From assembly GCA_963736855.1 (NCBI GenBank), contig CAVTQK010000010.1:1-14715 (forward strand): DNA of 14,715 bases. Direction: 5' to 3'. Shown here piece after piece: positions 1 to 8,956 of this stretch. The notes beneath the pieces are model-generated. The model had not been told where the DNA came from, ran no database searches, and saw only the letters and a list, made by a program, of their open reading frames with translations. This stretch comes from an uncultured delta proteobacterium. GTDB lineage: Bacteria; Desulfobacterota; Desulfobacteria; Desulfobacterales; UBA2156. Made by a program: the position numbers and the translations under genes. Every line of letters starts with the position of its first letter. Within the stretch, counting starts at the first letter, position 1.

Positions 1-728
1 ACCTCGGGAGAATCGTGGCGGGTCACGACCACTTTAATTTTGTAACCGTGTTCGAGGACTCTCAACTGTTCCAGCTTTTCGATTTTTTCTAATGGCCCTT
101 CGGACAGGTTTCGAAAAATTTTCAGAAAATCAACCGTATATGCATAGATTCCCAAGTGCTTGAAGGTGGGAAAAACCGCTTCGGGATCCCTGGAGCATGG
201 AATCGATGATCTTGAAAAATAGAGGGCAAATCCATGGGCATCGAATACCACCTTCACGTCTTTCGGGTCGGTCAGCTCCCGAGGATCGACGATGGTAAAT
301 GCCAGGGTCGCCATCTGAAGTCCGGGGTCTTCGATCAAAGGGTTAACCACCTCGGACAGCGATTCGGAATGAACCAGGGGTTGATCCCCCTGAACATTGA
401 CGACGATATCTGCCCCGCCAAGACCAAGCGTTTCAGCCGTCTCGGCCACTCGGTCCGTTCCGGAACGATGATTCGGCGAAGTCATCATCGACCGTCCCCC
501 AAAAGCGCTCACAGCATCGGCGATCCGCTGGTCATCCGTGGCGATCACCACGTCCGCCACAACCCGGCTTGATCGGACCCGCTCATAAACCCTTTGGATC
601 ATCCGCTTGCCTGAAATCATGGCCAGGGGCTTCCCTTCAAAGCGGGTGGAAGCGTATCGGGAGGGTATTACAGCGACGATCTTTCTTGAAAAAGCTGTTT
701 TCAAGAGCCCTTCTCTTCCAAAAAGCAT
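1..728 (-). CDS. kdsB: 3-deoxy-manno-octulosonate cytidylyltransferase (CMP-KDO synthetase), 3' end outside window
   Basis: Not in the ORF track because there is no stop in the window. My minus-strand translation is open from ATG 728 (alternative TTG 704) to the edge: KIVAVIPSRYASTRFEGKPLAMISGKRMIQRVYER...VIATDDQRI...HRSGTDRVAE...IVVNVQGDQP...KVVFDAHGFALYFSRSSIP...KHLGIYAY...LEKIEKLEQLRVLEHGYKIKV. These are classic KdsB motifs. Confidence 0.96.
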   Translation of the reverse strand, partial: MLFGREGLLKTAFSRKIVAVIPSRYASTRFEGKPLAMISGKRMIQRVYERVRSSRVVADVVIATDDQRIADAVSAFGGRSMMTSPNHRSGTDRVAETAETLGLGGADIVVNVQGDQPLVHSESLSEVVNPLIEDPGLQMATLAFTIVDPRELTDPKDVKVVFDAHGFALYFSRSSIPCSRDPEAVFPTFKHLGIYAYTVDFLKIFRNLSEGPLEKIEKLEQLRVLEHGYKIKVVVTRHDSPE

Positions 729-823
729 TCAAGAGGTTACAGATGTCATTGATAGCTCATTTTTCTTGGTTTTAAATAATCCCGAAAAGGTTGTAAAGAG
801 GAATAACCGATTTCGCTTTTCGT

Positions 824-851
824 TTGACAACCGGCGCCGTGCTGTTATATT
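824..851 (+). promoter_or_regulatory. Sigma70-type promoter for the activase gene
   Basis: Perfect -35 TTGACA (824-829), 16-bp spacer, extended -10 TG-n-TATATT (843-851), about 70 bp upstream of ATG 920. Confidence 0.7.
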
Positions 852-919
852 TAGCCCGCGTTGAATCGACCAACAACTTCGTCTGACCCAATCGATATCG
901 ATATCGTCGTAAATCCCCC

Positions 920-3900
920 ATGAAGAAAAAGACACTCGAATCCATCCTTGGCCCGCCGTCCGGGTCATCCAAACCAATGAGAACCCTGGGCATTTGTCTG
1001 GGTGCTTCCACCGTCTCCGTCGTGGAGGTCGAATGGGTTCCTGAAAAGCGCGAAAACTCTTCGGAAACGTTATCTTGGCTCAAACCAAGGGCTTTGCGCT
1101 ATTTTCTTTTTCCTCACGAGGGAAACCCAAAAGAGACCCTCGTAAACGCACTGAAATCCGTGGACCCGTATCAATTCGATCGTATCGCGGCCACAGGAAG
1201 ACGCTTCAGAAAATTCGTCAACCTCACCTCTATCCCCGAGCCTGAAGCAGTGGAATACGCTTATCGCTTTGTGAAACCACCCGACGTGGATTGTCCGGCA
1301 GTTGTATCCGCAGGCGGAGAGACCTTCATGGTCTACGTCCTGAACAAGAACGGCGAAATCGCAAATGTTCTGACCGGGAACAAGTGCGCCTCCGGTACGG
1401 GAGAGTTTTTTCTCCAGCAGTTGCGGCGGATGAACGTCACCCTTGATGAAGCCGCCCAGTGGGCCGCCACGGAATCGTCCATCATGTGTCGGGCCGGTGT
1501 TCCGTTTTTTGCAAATCCGACTGTACCCATGCCACCAACAAAGGAATTCCGCGCTCGCAGGTCACCGCCGGCCTGTGTAAAATGATGGCCCATAAGATCA
1601 TTGAACTGCTCAAAAAAGTCGAAAAAAGAAACATCATGATCACCGGCGGCACCGCCAAAAACCAAATGATGGTTTCGTACCTCAAACAAGAAATTCCGGA
1701 TCTGATCGTCCCGGAGGAGGCGCCGTATTTTGAAGCCCTGGGTGCGGCCCTGTGGTCTCTGACCCACGAAACCCTGCCCTTCCCCGGCTTTTCGGGACTG
1801 ATCCGGGAGGAAGTCAGCACATTCGACACCTTGCCGCCTCTGAGCCAATTTTCCAATCGCGTTACCTTCAAGACCCTCGAAATGGGAACTCCTGAACTCG
1901 GAGATGTCTGTATCTTAGGTCTCGACGTGGGTTCCACAACCACCAAAGCGGTCCTTGTGAGGAACCAGGACGATGCCATTCTGGCCTCCGTCTATCTGCG
2001 AACTTCCGGCGATCCGGTCGGTGCCTCCCGGAAATGCTACCGCCATATTCTGGAGGAAATCCAAAAGCATGTGGATCCATCCGAAATACGGATTGAAGGA
2101 CTGGGTGTATGCGGGTCCGGACGTCAGATCGCCGGCCTTCACGCCTTGACCGACGGCGTTATCAACGAAATCATCGCCCATGCCGCAGCCGCCGTCTATT
2201 TCGACCCGGAGGTGGATACGATTTTTGAAATCGGCGGCCAGGACGCCAAATACACCTATATCACCAACGGTGTTCCTTCGGATTACGCCATGAACGAGGC
2301 CTGTTCCGCGGGAACCGGTTCTTTTCTGGAGGAATCGGCTCTAGAAACTCTGGGCATCCACATGGAGGAGATCGCAGATATCGCCCTTCCGGCACAACAG
2401 CCCCCCAATTTCAATGATCAGTGCGCCGCCTTTATCGCTTCGGACATCAAAAATGCCATCCATGAAGGCGTCAAGCGCGAAGATATCGTCGCCGGACTTG
2501 TTTATTCCATCTGCATGAATTACACCAACCGGGTCAAAGGGAATCGTCCGGTGGGAGAAAAGGTTTTCATGCAGGGAGGAGTCTGCTATAATCAGGCCGT
2601 TCCGCTCGCCATGGCCTCCCTTGTCGGAAAACCGATCATCGTCCCGCCTGAACCCGGCCTGATGGGCGCTTTCGGTGTCGCCCTCGAAGTTAAAAAACGG
2701 ATCGATAGGGGTTTTTTAAAAAAAGAGCGATTTGATCTCGCCAGACTATAAATCGGGAAGCCCTTTACCGGAAACCCTTCACTTGCAAGGGCGGAAAGGA
2801 GAAGTGCGACCGGAAATGTGAAATCGCCATAATTGAACTGGAAGGGAAAAGATATCCTTTCGGCGGAGCCTGCAACCGGTATTACAATTTCAGGCACAAC
2901 ATCCGGTATGAAGTCGAGAAGCTGGATCTCGTCCGTATCCGTCAGCATCTGGTTTTCGAAATACACGGAAACCAAACCCGAAAAGTCGAGACGCCCAAGA
3001 GGGAGGATCGGGTTCAATCGTAGCTTTCTGGTCAATACCTATTATCCTCTCTATTCCAACTTCTTTACCAGACTCGGTTTCAACCCGTTATCCCGAAGGT
3101 TTCGTCACAGGAAGGGATCGACCAGAGAGATGCTCCTTTTTGCTACCCCGTGGAGCTGGCCCATGGTTTTTTTTATTCACTCATCATCCAAGAGTCCCCA
3201 GAATACATTTTTCTCCCCCATTTCAAAGCGGTTCCGCTTCTCGACGACAACCTTGCTTCTCAGGTCTGCCCGCTTGTTCAGGGAGAAACATACTATCTGC
3301 GCACCACGTTTAAAACAGGTCTTGATGCGCTAAAGAAAAAGGGGATCCTCTGTTGACTCCGGTGATCGACTTCACTTCCGGGATCGAAACAGCCCAGGGG
3401 CCATTGATCCGAACCGCAATCCGGATGGGCGCTAAAAAGGAAGAGGCCAAAGAGGCGTTTCAAAGCGCACTGGGAGTGCAGAAGCGAGATGAAATTCGGC
3501 CAATCGGAAGAGAGGCTTAAAGACTCTTGAATCGGATCCGGAGAAGATCGCCGTGGTCTTATTCGGTAGGCCCTACAACGCATTTGCCGAAGAAGCGCAT
3601 ATGGGGATTCCTCATAAAATCGCTTCCAGGGGAGTGATGGTCATCCCCATGGATTTTCTCCCCCATGAAACGGAAATGTCGAAACATCATATGTACTGGG
3701 GGATCGGGCAGCTCATCCTGAAAACAGCCCGCTTTGTTCAGAAACACCCGCAGCTCTTCGGAACCTATATCACCAATTTCTCATGCGGTCCGGATTCTTT
3801 CGTCATCGGTTATTTCAGGGAGATCATGGGGCGAAAACCATCGCTGACCCTGGAACTTGACAGCCATACCGCCGACGCCGGTTTGGAGACCAGGATCGAA

Positions 3901-5309
3901 GCCTTCCTTGATATCATATCGTCATACCGCCGATTGACGAAACAACAGATAACGGCTCAATGCCGAAGGCGTTTACGCCATCAAGGTCATGCTTGCAACG
4001 GAATACCGATGGTATCAACCTCCGATGGAAAGACGATCCCCATGACGGACCCCAGAGTCAGCATGCTCTTCCCATCCATGGGAAATCTGGCCTCTGAATC
4101 GATAACGGCAATTTTTAAAGGAAGCGGATATCATGCCAAGGCTCACCCACCTTCGGATGAGGCTGTGTTGAAGATCGGACGCGCCAACACGTCCTGCAAG
4201 GAATGCCTTCCCCTGATCCTGACAACCGGAACCCTGCCTAAATTACATCCGAAACGAAAAAAAAGACGGGGAGATTCTGGTTTATTTCATGCCGACTGGA
4301 TCAGGCCCATGCCGGTTCGGTCAGTATGCCATCTTCATGGAGGATTTGATTCGACGGTTCGAAATTCCCAATGTGGCCGTCATGTCCCTATCTTCGGACA
4401 ATGCTTACATGGGAATCGAAAACGGTTTTCAAAAAAAGAGGATGGTGGTCGGTCGTTATTTCAGATGCCATGGAAGACATCCGTTCCATGCTTCTGGCCA
4501 ATGCCAAAGACCCGAAGGGGGCCATGATTTGCTTTCACGAAGAGTGGATAAAAATCCTGGATGCCTTACGAACCGGTGCGTACTCCCGGATCCGGAATCA
4601 GCTATCGGAAACCGCCAGGCGATTAAGGTCCATTCCGGTCAAACTGCCTGCAGAAGAAGTGCCTACCATCGCCCTGTCCGGAGAAATCTTTGTTCGACGT
4701 GATCATCTTTCGCGTCAGTTCATCACGGAACGGCTGGCCGAAAACGGGTTTGCCGTCATATGCTCTCCGGTTGCCGAATGGATGCGCTATTCCGATTTCA
4801 CCCTCAAAAAAGGCTACAGCAGCTATATCCCGTCATTCAAGGAAAGGCTGGGTATTTTCATCAAGGAACTCCACATGAACCGCTATGAACGGGGATTCAA
4901 GAATACCCTTGCCCGGTCCGGACTCCTGGCGCCAACGATGCTCGATATCGAAAAAGTCATCCGAGCCGCCACACCCCACATCGCGGCGGATCTGGCCGGA
5001 GAAGCGGTCTTGACTATAGGAAGCGCCCTGTTGGATATCGCCGGCCATGCATGCGGTGTGATCGCCATCGGCCCCTTCGGATGCATGCCCAACCGCCTTT
5101 CCGAGGCTATCCTTTCTGAAGCCATGACCCGGGAAGGAAAGTTACAGACCGATCCGGGGAATCCCCGATTAAAAGCAATTCTTTCGGACGTTGAAGACCT
5201 CCCCTTTTTGGCCATCGAAAGCGACGGCTCCCCGTTTCCACAGCTCATCACCGCCAAGCTGGAAGCCTTTTGTCTCCGAGCCAGAAGACTCCACGAACGG
5301 ATGATGTAG
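920..5309 (+). CDS. Large CoA-substrate-specific enzyme activase fusion (two BadF/BadG/BcrA/BcrD ASKHA ATPase domains + DUF2229-like + C-terminal 2-hydroxyacyl-CoA dehydratase-like region), about 10 apparent frameshifts
   Basis: Successive ORF pieces join into one ~1,450-aa protein. ATPase 1: LGICLGASTV, ATG, SAGGE, NKCASGTGEF, CSVFCKSDC, TGGTAKN. ATPase 2: LGLDVGSTTTKA, CGSGR, NEIIAHA, EIGGQDAKY, MNEACSAGTGSFLE, CAAF, QGGVCYN. Then FTCKGGKEKCDRKC...FGGACNRY (2760-2890), CPLVQG, VLFGRPYN, NFSCGPDSF, LELDSHTADAGLETRIEAF, KECLP, GPCRFGQY, GEIFVR, GPFGCMP. Start is 920 or 977, with no clear SD before either. The stop TAG 5307-5309 lies inside the IS left end. Confidence 0.9.
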
Positions 5310-5310
5310 G

Positions 5311-5357
5311 TTGAAAAATATGGACACCAAAGTTTACAATGATAGATAAACGGAGGT
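5311..5357 (+). promoter_or_regulatory. IS internal promoter (pIRL-like) and RBS for orfA
   Basis: TTGAAA (5311-5316), 18 bp, TACAAT (5335-5340); SD GGAGGT (5352-5357) before ATG 5364. Confidence 0.55.
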
Positions 5358-5363
5358 GTCGGA

Positions 5364-5678
5364 ATGGAAAGGGTACCATACAGCAAGTACACCAAGGAAT
5401 TTCGTTTGGAGGCCGTGCGACTTGTAAGTGAGGGTGGTTTATCAGCAGGGGAGGCGGCCACGCGTCTCTCGTTACCCAAATCCACCCTGGAGAACTGGGT
5501 ACGGGCCTTCCGGAAGGGCAAGCTGGAGAGCATCGGGTCAAGCCACAGACCGCTGACCGAAGTGGAGATCGAACTGGCGCGGGTCAAGCGGGAGCTGGCC
5601 TTGGTGCGGATGGAGCGCGACATACTAAAAAAAGCGGCCGCGTACTTTGCCAAGGAGTCGCTGCACGGCACGCGGTGA
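5364..5678 (+). CDS. IS3-family transposase OrfA (HTH + leucine zipper)
   Basis: 104 aa: YSKYTKEFRLEAVRLV...AGEAATRLSLPKSTLENWVR (HTH), ELARVKRELALVRMERDILKKAAAYFAK (coiled coil ending in the typical ILKKA motif). Confidence 0.95.
   Translation: MERVPYSKYTKEFRLEAVRLVSEGGLSAGEAATRLSLPKSTLENWVRAFRKGKLESIGSSHRPLTEVEIELARVKRELALVRMERDILKKAAAYFAKESLHGTR
5612..5676 (+). other. Programmed -1 ribosomal frameshift signal producing the OrfAB transposase
   Basis: SD-like GGAG (5612-5615); slippery A_AAA_AAA-G (5627-5634) in orfA phase; downstream stem GCCGCGT (5637-5643) / ACGCGGT (5670-5676). The -1 frame is open from 5627 into orfB. Confidence 0.8.
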
Positions 5679-6538
5679 TGGGGCAGATGCGACTCGACTA
5701 TCCGCTGGGGGTGCTGTGCCGGATAATGGGAGTGTCGGCCAGCGGTTTTCATGCCGGCCGTGCCCATGGGCCTTCGAAGCGGGCTCAGGAAGAGGGACGA
5801 TTGGAGATCGAGATCCGGGCCGCGCACCAGCGCACGCGGGGGACTTACGGACCTGAGCGATTGCAGCGGGATCTGGCTGCTCACGGGGTGCGCATCGGGG
5901 TGCATCGGATCAAGCGTATTCGTCGCAAGCTTGGCCTGCGGTGCAAGCAGAAGCGCAAATTCAAGGTCACGACCGACTCCCGGCACAGCCTGCCGGTGGC
6001 CGAGAACCTGCTTGACCAACGGTTTCAGGCCGAGGCTCCCTCCCAGGCCTGGCTTAGCGATATGACTTATGTTCCTACTGACGAGGGTTGGCTCTACCTG
6101 GTTGGGCACAAGGACTTGTGCACCCGCAAGATCGTCGGCCACGCCATGGGCGAGCGCATGACCCGCAACCTGGTGATCGAGTCGCTGCTGCGGGCTGTGG
6201 AATCCGCACGACCTTCCGCTGGTCTGATTCATCACTCGGATAAGGGCAGCCAGTACTGCTCCCACGAATACCGGAGGATGCTCGATCGTCTCGGGATGAA
6301 AACCTCCATGAGCGGAACTGGGAACTGTTACGACAACGCTCCGATGGAGAGTTTCTGGGCAACGCTGAAGACCGAACTGGTTTTTCATCGCCGTTTCGCT
6401 ACCCGACAACAGGCCATTCGGGAAATAACCGAATACATTGAAGTGTTCTACAATCGACAGCGGCTTCAGAAACAACTGGGCTATCTTTCACCGGTAGCTT
6501 TCGAACGCCAGTTCTACGAGCAACGTATGGCAGCGTGA
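5675..6538 (+). CDS. IS3-family transposase OrfB (DDE/rve integrase core)
   Basis: 287 aa, uninterrupted. TYGPERL; catalytic triad in WLSDMTY, HHSDKGSQY and CYDNAPMESFW; C-terminal YIEVFYNRQRLQKQLGYLSP. Confidence 0.96.
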   Translation: MMGQMRLDYPLGVLCRIMGVSASGFHAGRAHGPSKRAQEEGRLEIEIRAAHQRTRGTYGPERLQRDLAAHGVRIGVHRIKRIRRKLGLRCKQKRKFKVTTDSRHSLPVAENLLDQRFQAEAPSQAWLSDMTYVPTDEGWLYLVGHKDLCTRKIVGHAMGERMTRNLVIESLLRAVESARPSAGLIHHSDKGSQYCSHEYRRMLDRLGMKTSMSGTGNCYDNAPMESFWATLKTELVFHRRFATRQQAIREITEYIEVFYNRQRLQKQLGYLSPVAFERQFYEQRMAA

Positions 6539-6654
6539 TGGTTTTGGTGTCCACTATTGACGACCTACCTCATTCTCCCATCTGCTTGAAAAATGGACAT
6601 TCATAAAGTCAAATCTTAAAAAATCTCCTTTTTTATGGGAAACATGCTTTGGGA

Positions 6655-6683
6655 TTTACCAACGGTTAGAAAACTGATATAGT
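6655..6683 (+). promoter_or_regulatory. Candidate sigma70 promoter for the DUF4388/cNMP gene
   Basis: TTTACC (6655-6660), 17 bp, TATAGT (6678-6683) with extended -10 TG (6675-6676), in an AT-rich intergenic region. SD GGAG at 6763-6766. Confidence 0.5.
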
Positions 6684-6773
6684 TTCTTATAAATACCATT
6701 GGAAATCATGAAGCATAATTTGTTTATGCGACTTTCTTGAAATCCATACATTTCTAACTATCGGAGATCAAAC

Positions 6774-7955
6774 ATGATGGATGCTCGACCTTCTTTATCC
6801 GGTGATTTTAAATTTTTAAATCTCGTGGAACTGCTGCAGCTTTTAGGTTCCAACGGGAGTACCGGCATTCTCGAGTTAAGAAGCAAATACGTCCAAACTC
6901 CTGGTTTCATCTATTTCCATAACGGGAATCCTATTCATGCGGTGAATGGATCGTTTTCGGGACTGGAGGCGATTCATTCCCTTTTCGGATGGTCCGATGC
7001 CGAGTTTTTTTTCTTTGAAACCCCCATCCAGAGAGAGAAAACCATTCATGAGGGAAGGATGCATATTATTCTCGAGGGTCTGCGCTTGCTTGATGAGGGC
7101 ATTATCCAAAGACAAGGCCCCGTCGTCCATTCTCCAAGCGCCTCATCCCTCCCGCTCGTCAAGGGACCTCTGATTGATTATTCCTATGTTTCGGGCGAGG
7201 ACTATTTTAGAAAAGGTCGGGAGATAGTCACCGAAAACAAGCATGGGCAATGGATCTGGGTTGTTTTGGATGGAATTATTGAGATCAGTAAGTTCACATC
7301 CAAAGGACCGGTTAAGATCATTCGCATCACCAACGGTTCTTTCCTGGGAAGACCGGCGACTTTAAGATTTACCGGATCGGTCAGAAGCGCCAGCGCCACG
7401 GCTGTGACGGATGTCACTTTAGGGGTCATTAATTCGCAACAATGTCTGGATGATTTCAACGCGCGTTCGCAGTCCTATCGCCGCCTAGTCAACAGCCTGG
7501 ATAAGCGGCTGAGGCAGGTTACCGATTATGCGGCAAAGATCTTTATTGGAGAAAACCCGGTCGAGGTTATCCTTAATCAGCGGACCCCTTATGACTTACC
7601 GAAAGGAGATGATCATTGGGGTGCCTTCATTAAAAAGGGAACTGCTTCCATAATACGACGTATGGAACAGGGTCTCGTTCCCCTGGCTCTGCTTGAAACC
7701 GATGACTTTTTAGGTCGTGTTCCCTTCATGGATGTGGGCCATGAACCCGGTGCCGCCTCGGTATTTGGATCCAAAGACCTGGAACTGGAGGTGATCGATT
7801 CGAAAGAACTCCGAAAGGACCACAACCGGGCTTCGCCCACACTCAGAAATATTACTGAACATATCATCACCTGCGTTTCGGTAACCTCTTCATTGGCATG
7901 CCAATTCCATAAGCAGCACTCCGAGGAATCTCAATCACTCCCAAAATCGGTGTGA
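6774..7955 (+). CDS. DUF4388 (PatA_N-like) domain + cyclic nucleotide-binding domain protein
   Basis: Intact 393-aa ORF with SD. N-terminus LSGDFKFLNLVELLQLLGSNGSTGILEL...GFIYFHNGNPIHA...GLEAIHSLFGWSDAEFFF...IILEGLRLLDE fits DUF4388. FRKGREIVTENKHGQWIWVVLDGIIEI...GSFLG...RSASATAVTDVTL fits a cNMP beta-barrel. A second, degenerate cNMP-like repeat follows (FIKKGTASI...LETDDFLG). Confidence 0.85.
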   Translation: MMDARPSLSGDFKFLNLVELLQLLGSNGSTGILELRSKYVQTPGFIYFHNGNPIHAVNGSFSGLEAIHSLFGWSDAEFFFFETPIQREKTIHEGRMHIILEGLRLLDEGIIQRQGPVVHSPSASSLPLVKGPLIDYSYVSGEDYFRKGREIVTENKHGQWIWVVLDGIIEISKFTSKGPVKIIRITNGSFLGRPATLRFTGSVRSASATAVTDVTLGVINSQQCLDDFNARSQSYRRLVNSLDKRLRQVTDYAAKIFIGENPVEVILNQRTPYDLPKGDDHWGAFIKKGTASIIRRMEQGLVPLALLETDDFLGRVPFMDVGHEPGAASVFGSKDLELEVIDSKELRKDHNRASPTLRNITEHIITCVSVTSSLACQFHKQHSEESQSLPKSV

Positions 7956-8010
7956 CCGGCATCCGAGATTGCCCTTTGGAAAAACCGGCGAAAACCCTGG
8001 AGAACCAGCC

Positions 8011-8939
8011 TTGAAGCAAAGACCGGATGTCCTCGTTGTGGGGCGCTGTTGTGTGGATTATATCGCGGTCGTCGATACTTTCCCTAAAGAGGACACCAAG
8101 GCGCCGCTCGCATTCAGAATCATCGAAGGAGGGGGACAAGGGAGGAACCGCTTCATCCTGTATTGCAAGACCGGAGGAAAGACTCTGTATGTCCGGCAGG
8201 TTAGGAAATGACGCAGAGGGTCGATTCTGCATGCAGCGATTGAAGGATTTCGGAGTAGACACATCCCTAGTCAATATCGTGGAGGGCGGCACAACACCGG
8301 TGGCTTATATCTTCGTAACGCAATCCAGCGGCAAGAGAACCATCATCTATGAACGAAATGCGCTGCCTCGGCTTAAAATCATGGATATAAAGCCCGCCCT
8401 ATCCCATAGGCCGAGGGTACTCCTGTTGGACCCGGAAACGACCTATCTGGCAAAAAGGCTAAAACCCGAAAACGGCCGGTAACACCCGAATCGTTTATGA
8501 CTGTGAAAGGTGGCGAGAGGGTATGGAGGCCATGATGGCTGAAGCCGATTTTTTCATACCGTCTTCTTCATTCCTGGATTCGGAACAACTCGGCTTCGAA
8601 GCGCTTGGATTTGCGGAAAAAATGTTTTCTTTTAAAGCCCGCATCAAAGGCGAATTGATCGTGACGCAAGGTTCCAAGGGCGCCTTCTATATTTCAGATG
8701 ATGCACTGTTCCATGTCCCGGCACCGAAAGTGCCCGTCAAAGACACGACAGGAGCCGGAGACAATTTTCATGCTGCATTTGCCCTTGCCCTCGCCCGGGG
8801 TCTGAACATTCATGAAACGGTACGTTTCTCTGTTGCCGTTGCCTCCCTTTCATGCCGGGAGTACGGCGGTCGAAACGGCATCCCGGAAAACCAGGAAGCG
8901 ACCCGTCTGGCCGAGACGCTTAAAACAAGAAGACTTTAA
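8011..8939 (+). CDS. PfkB/ribokinase-family carbohydrate kinase, about 3 apparent frameshifts
   Basis: Pieces join as DVLVVGRCCVDYI...GGGQGGTASSCIAR...GRLGNDAEGRF...GVDTS...GKRTIIY...LIVTQGSKGA...DTTGAGDNFHAAF (PfkB signature). Likely start is TTG 8011 with GGAG at 7999-8002 (alternative 7969). Confidence 0.88.
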
Positions 8940-8956
8940 ATCTTTCCTCCCCCGCA

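Larger units (their letters stand above)
5302..6572 (+). mobile_element. IS3-family insertion sequence, 1,271 bp, apparently complete
   Basis: TG...CA ends. IRL 5302-5331 TGATGTAGGTTGAAAAATATGGACACCAAA versus reverse complement of IRR 6543-6572 TGAGGTAGGTCGTCAATAGTGGACACCAAA, 23/30 identical. Contains orfA and orfB in the -1 frame. No 3-4 bp target duplication visible. Confidence 0.95.

Noticed and set aside
685..705. Inverted repeat CTTGAAAA-AGCTG-TTTTCAAG at the kdsB start
   Set aside because: An 8-bp AT-rich stem within or at the start of coding sequence; chance cannot be excluded and nothing else supports a role.
234..1083. Short ORFs 234-572, 569-775, 607-864 (+) and 729-977, 772-1083 (-)
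   Set aside because: They are shadows of kdsB, the promoter region and the activase start.
920..5309. Programmed frameshifting or stop-codon recoding as the cause of the activase fragments
   Set aside because: The breaks are frame changes without consistent slippery or SECIS-like signals, and the same pattern affects secA and clpA, so sequencing error is simpler.
4883..6475. 530-aa minus-strand ORF spanning the IS and the activase 3' end
   Set aside because: It is antisense to OrfA/OrfB and the activase, crosses the IS boundary and has no recognisable motifs. Long antisense frames are common opposite GC-rich coding sequence.
6557..6590. Outward-facing -35 (TTGACG, 6557-6562) in IRR as a hybrid promoter for the downstream gene
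   Set aside because: No usable -10 lies 16-18 bp downstream in the flank (CATCTG/ATCTGC/TCTGCT). It probably pairs with TAGGTT of IRL only in the circle junction.
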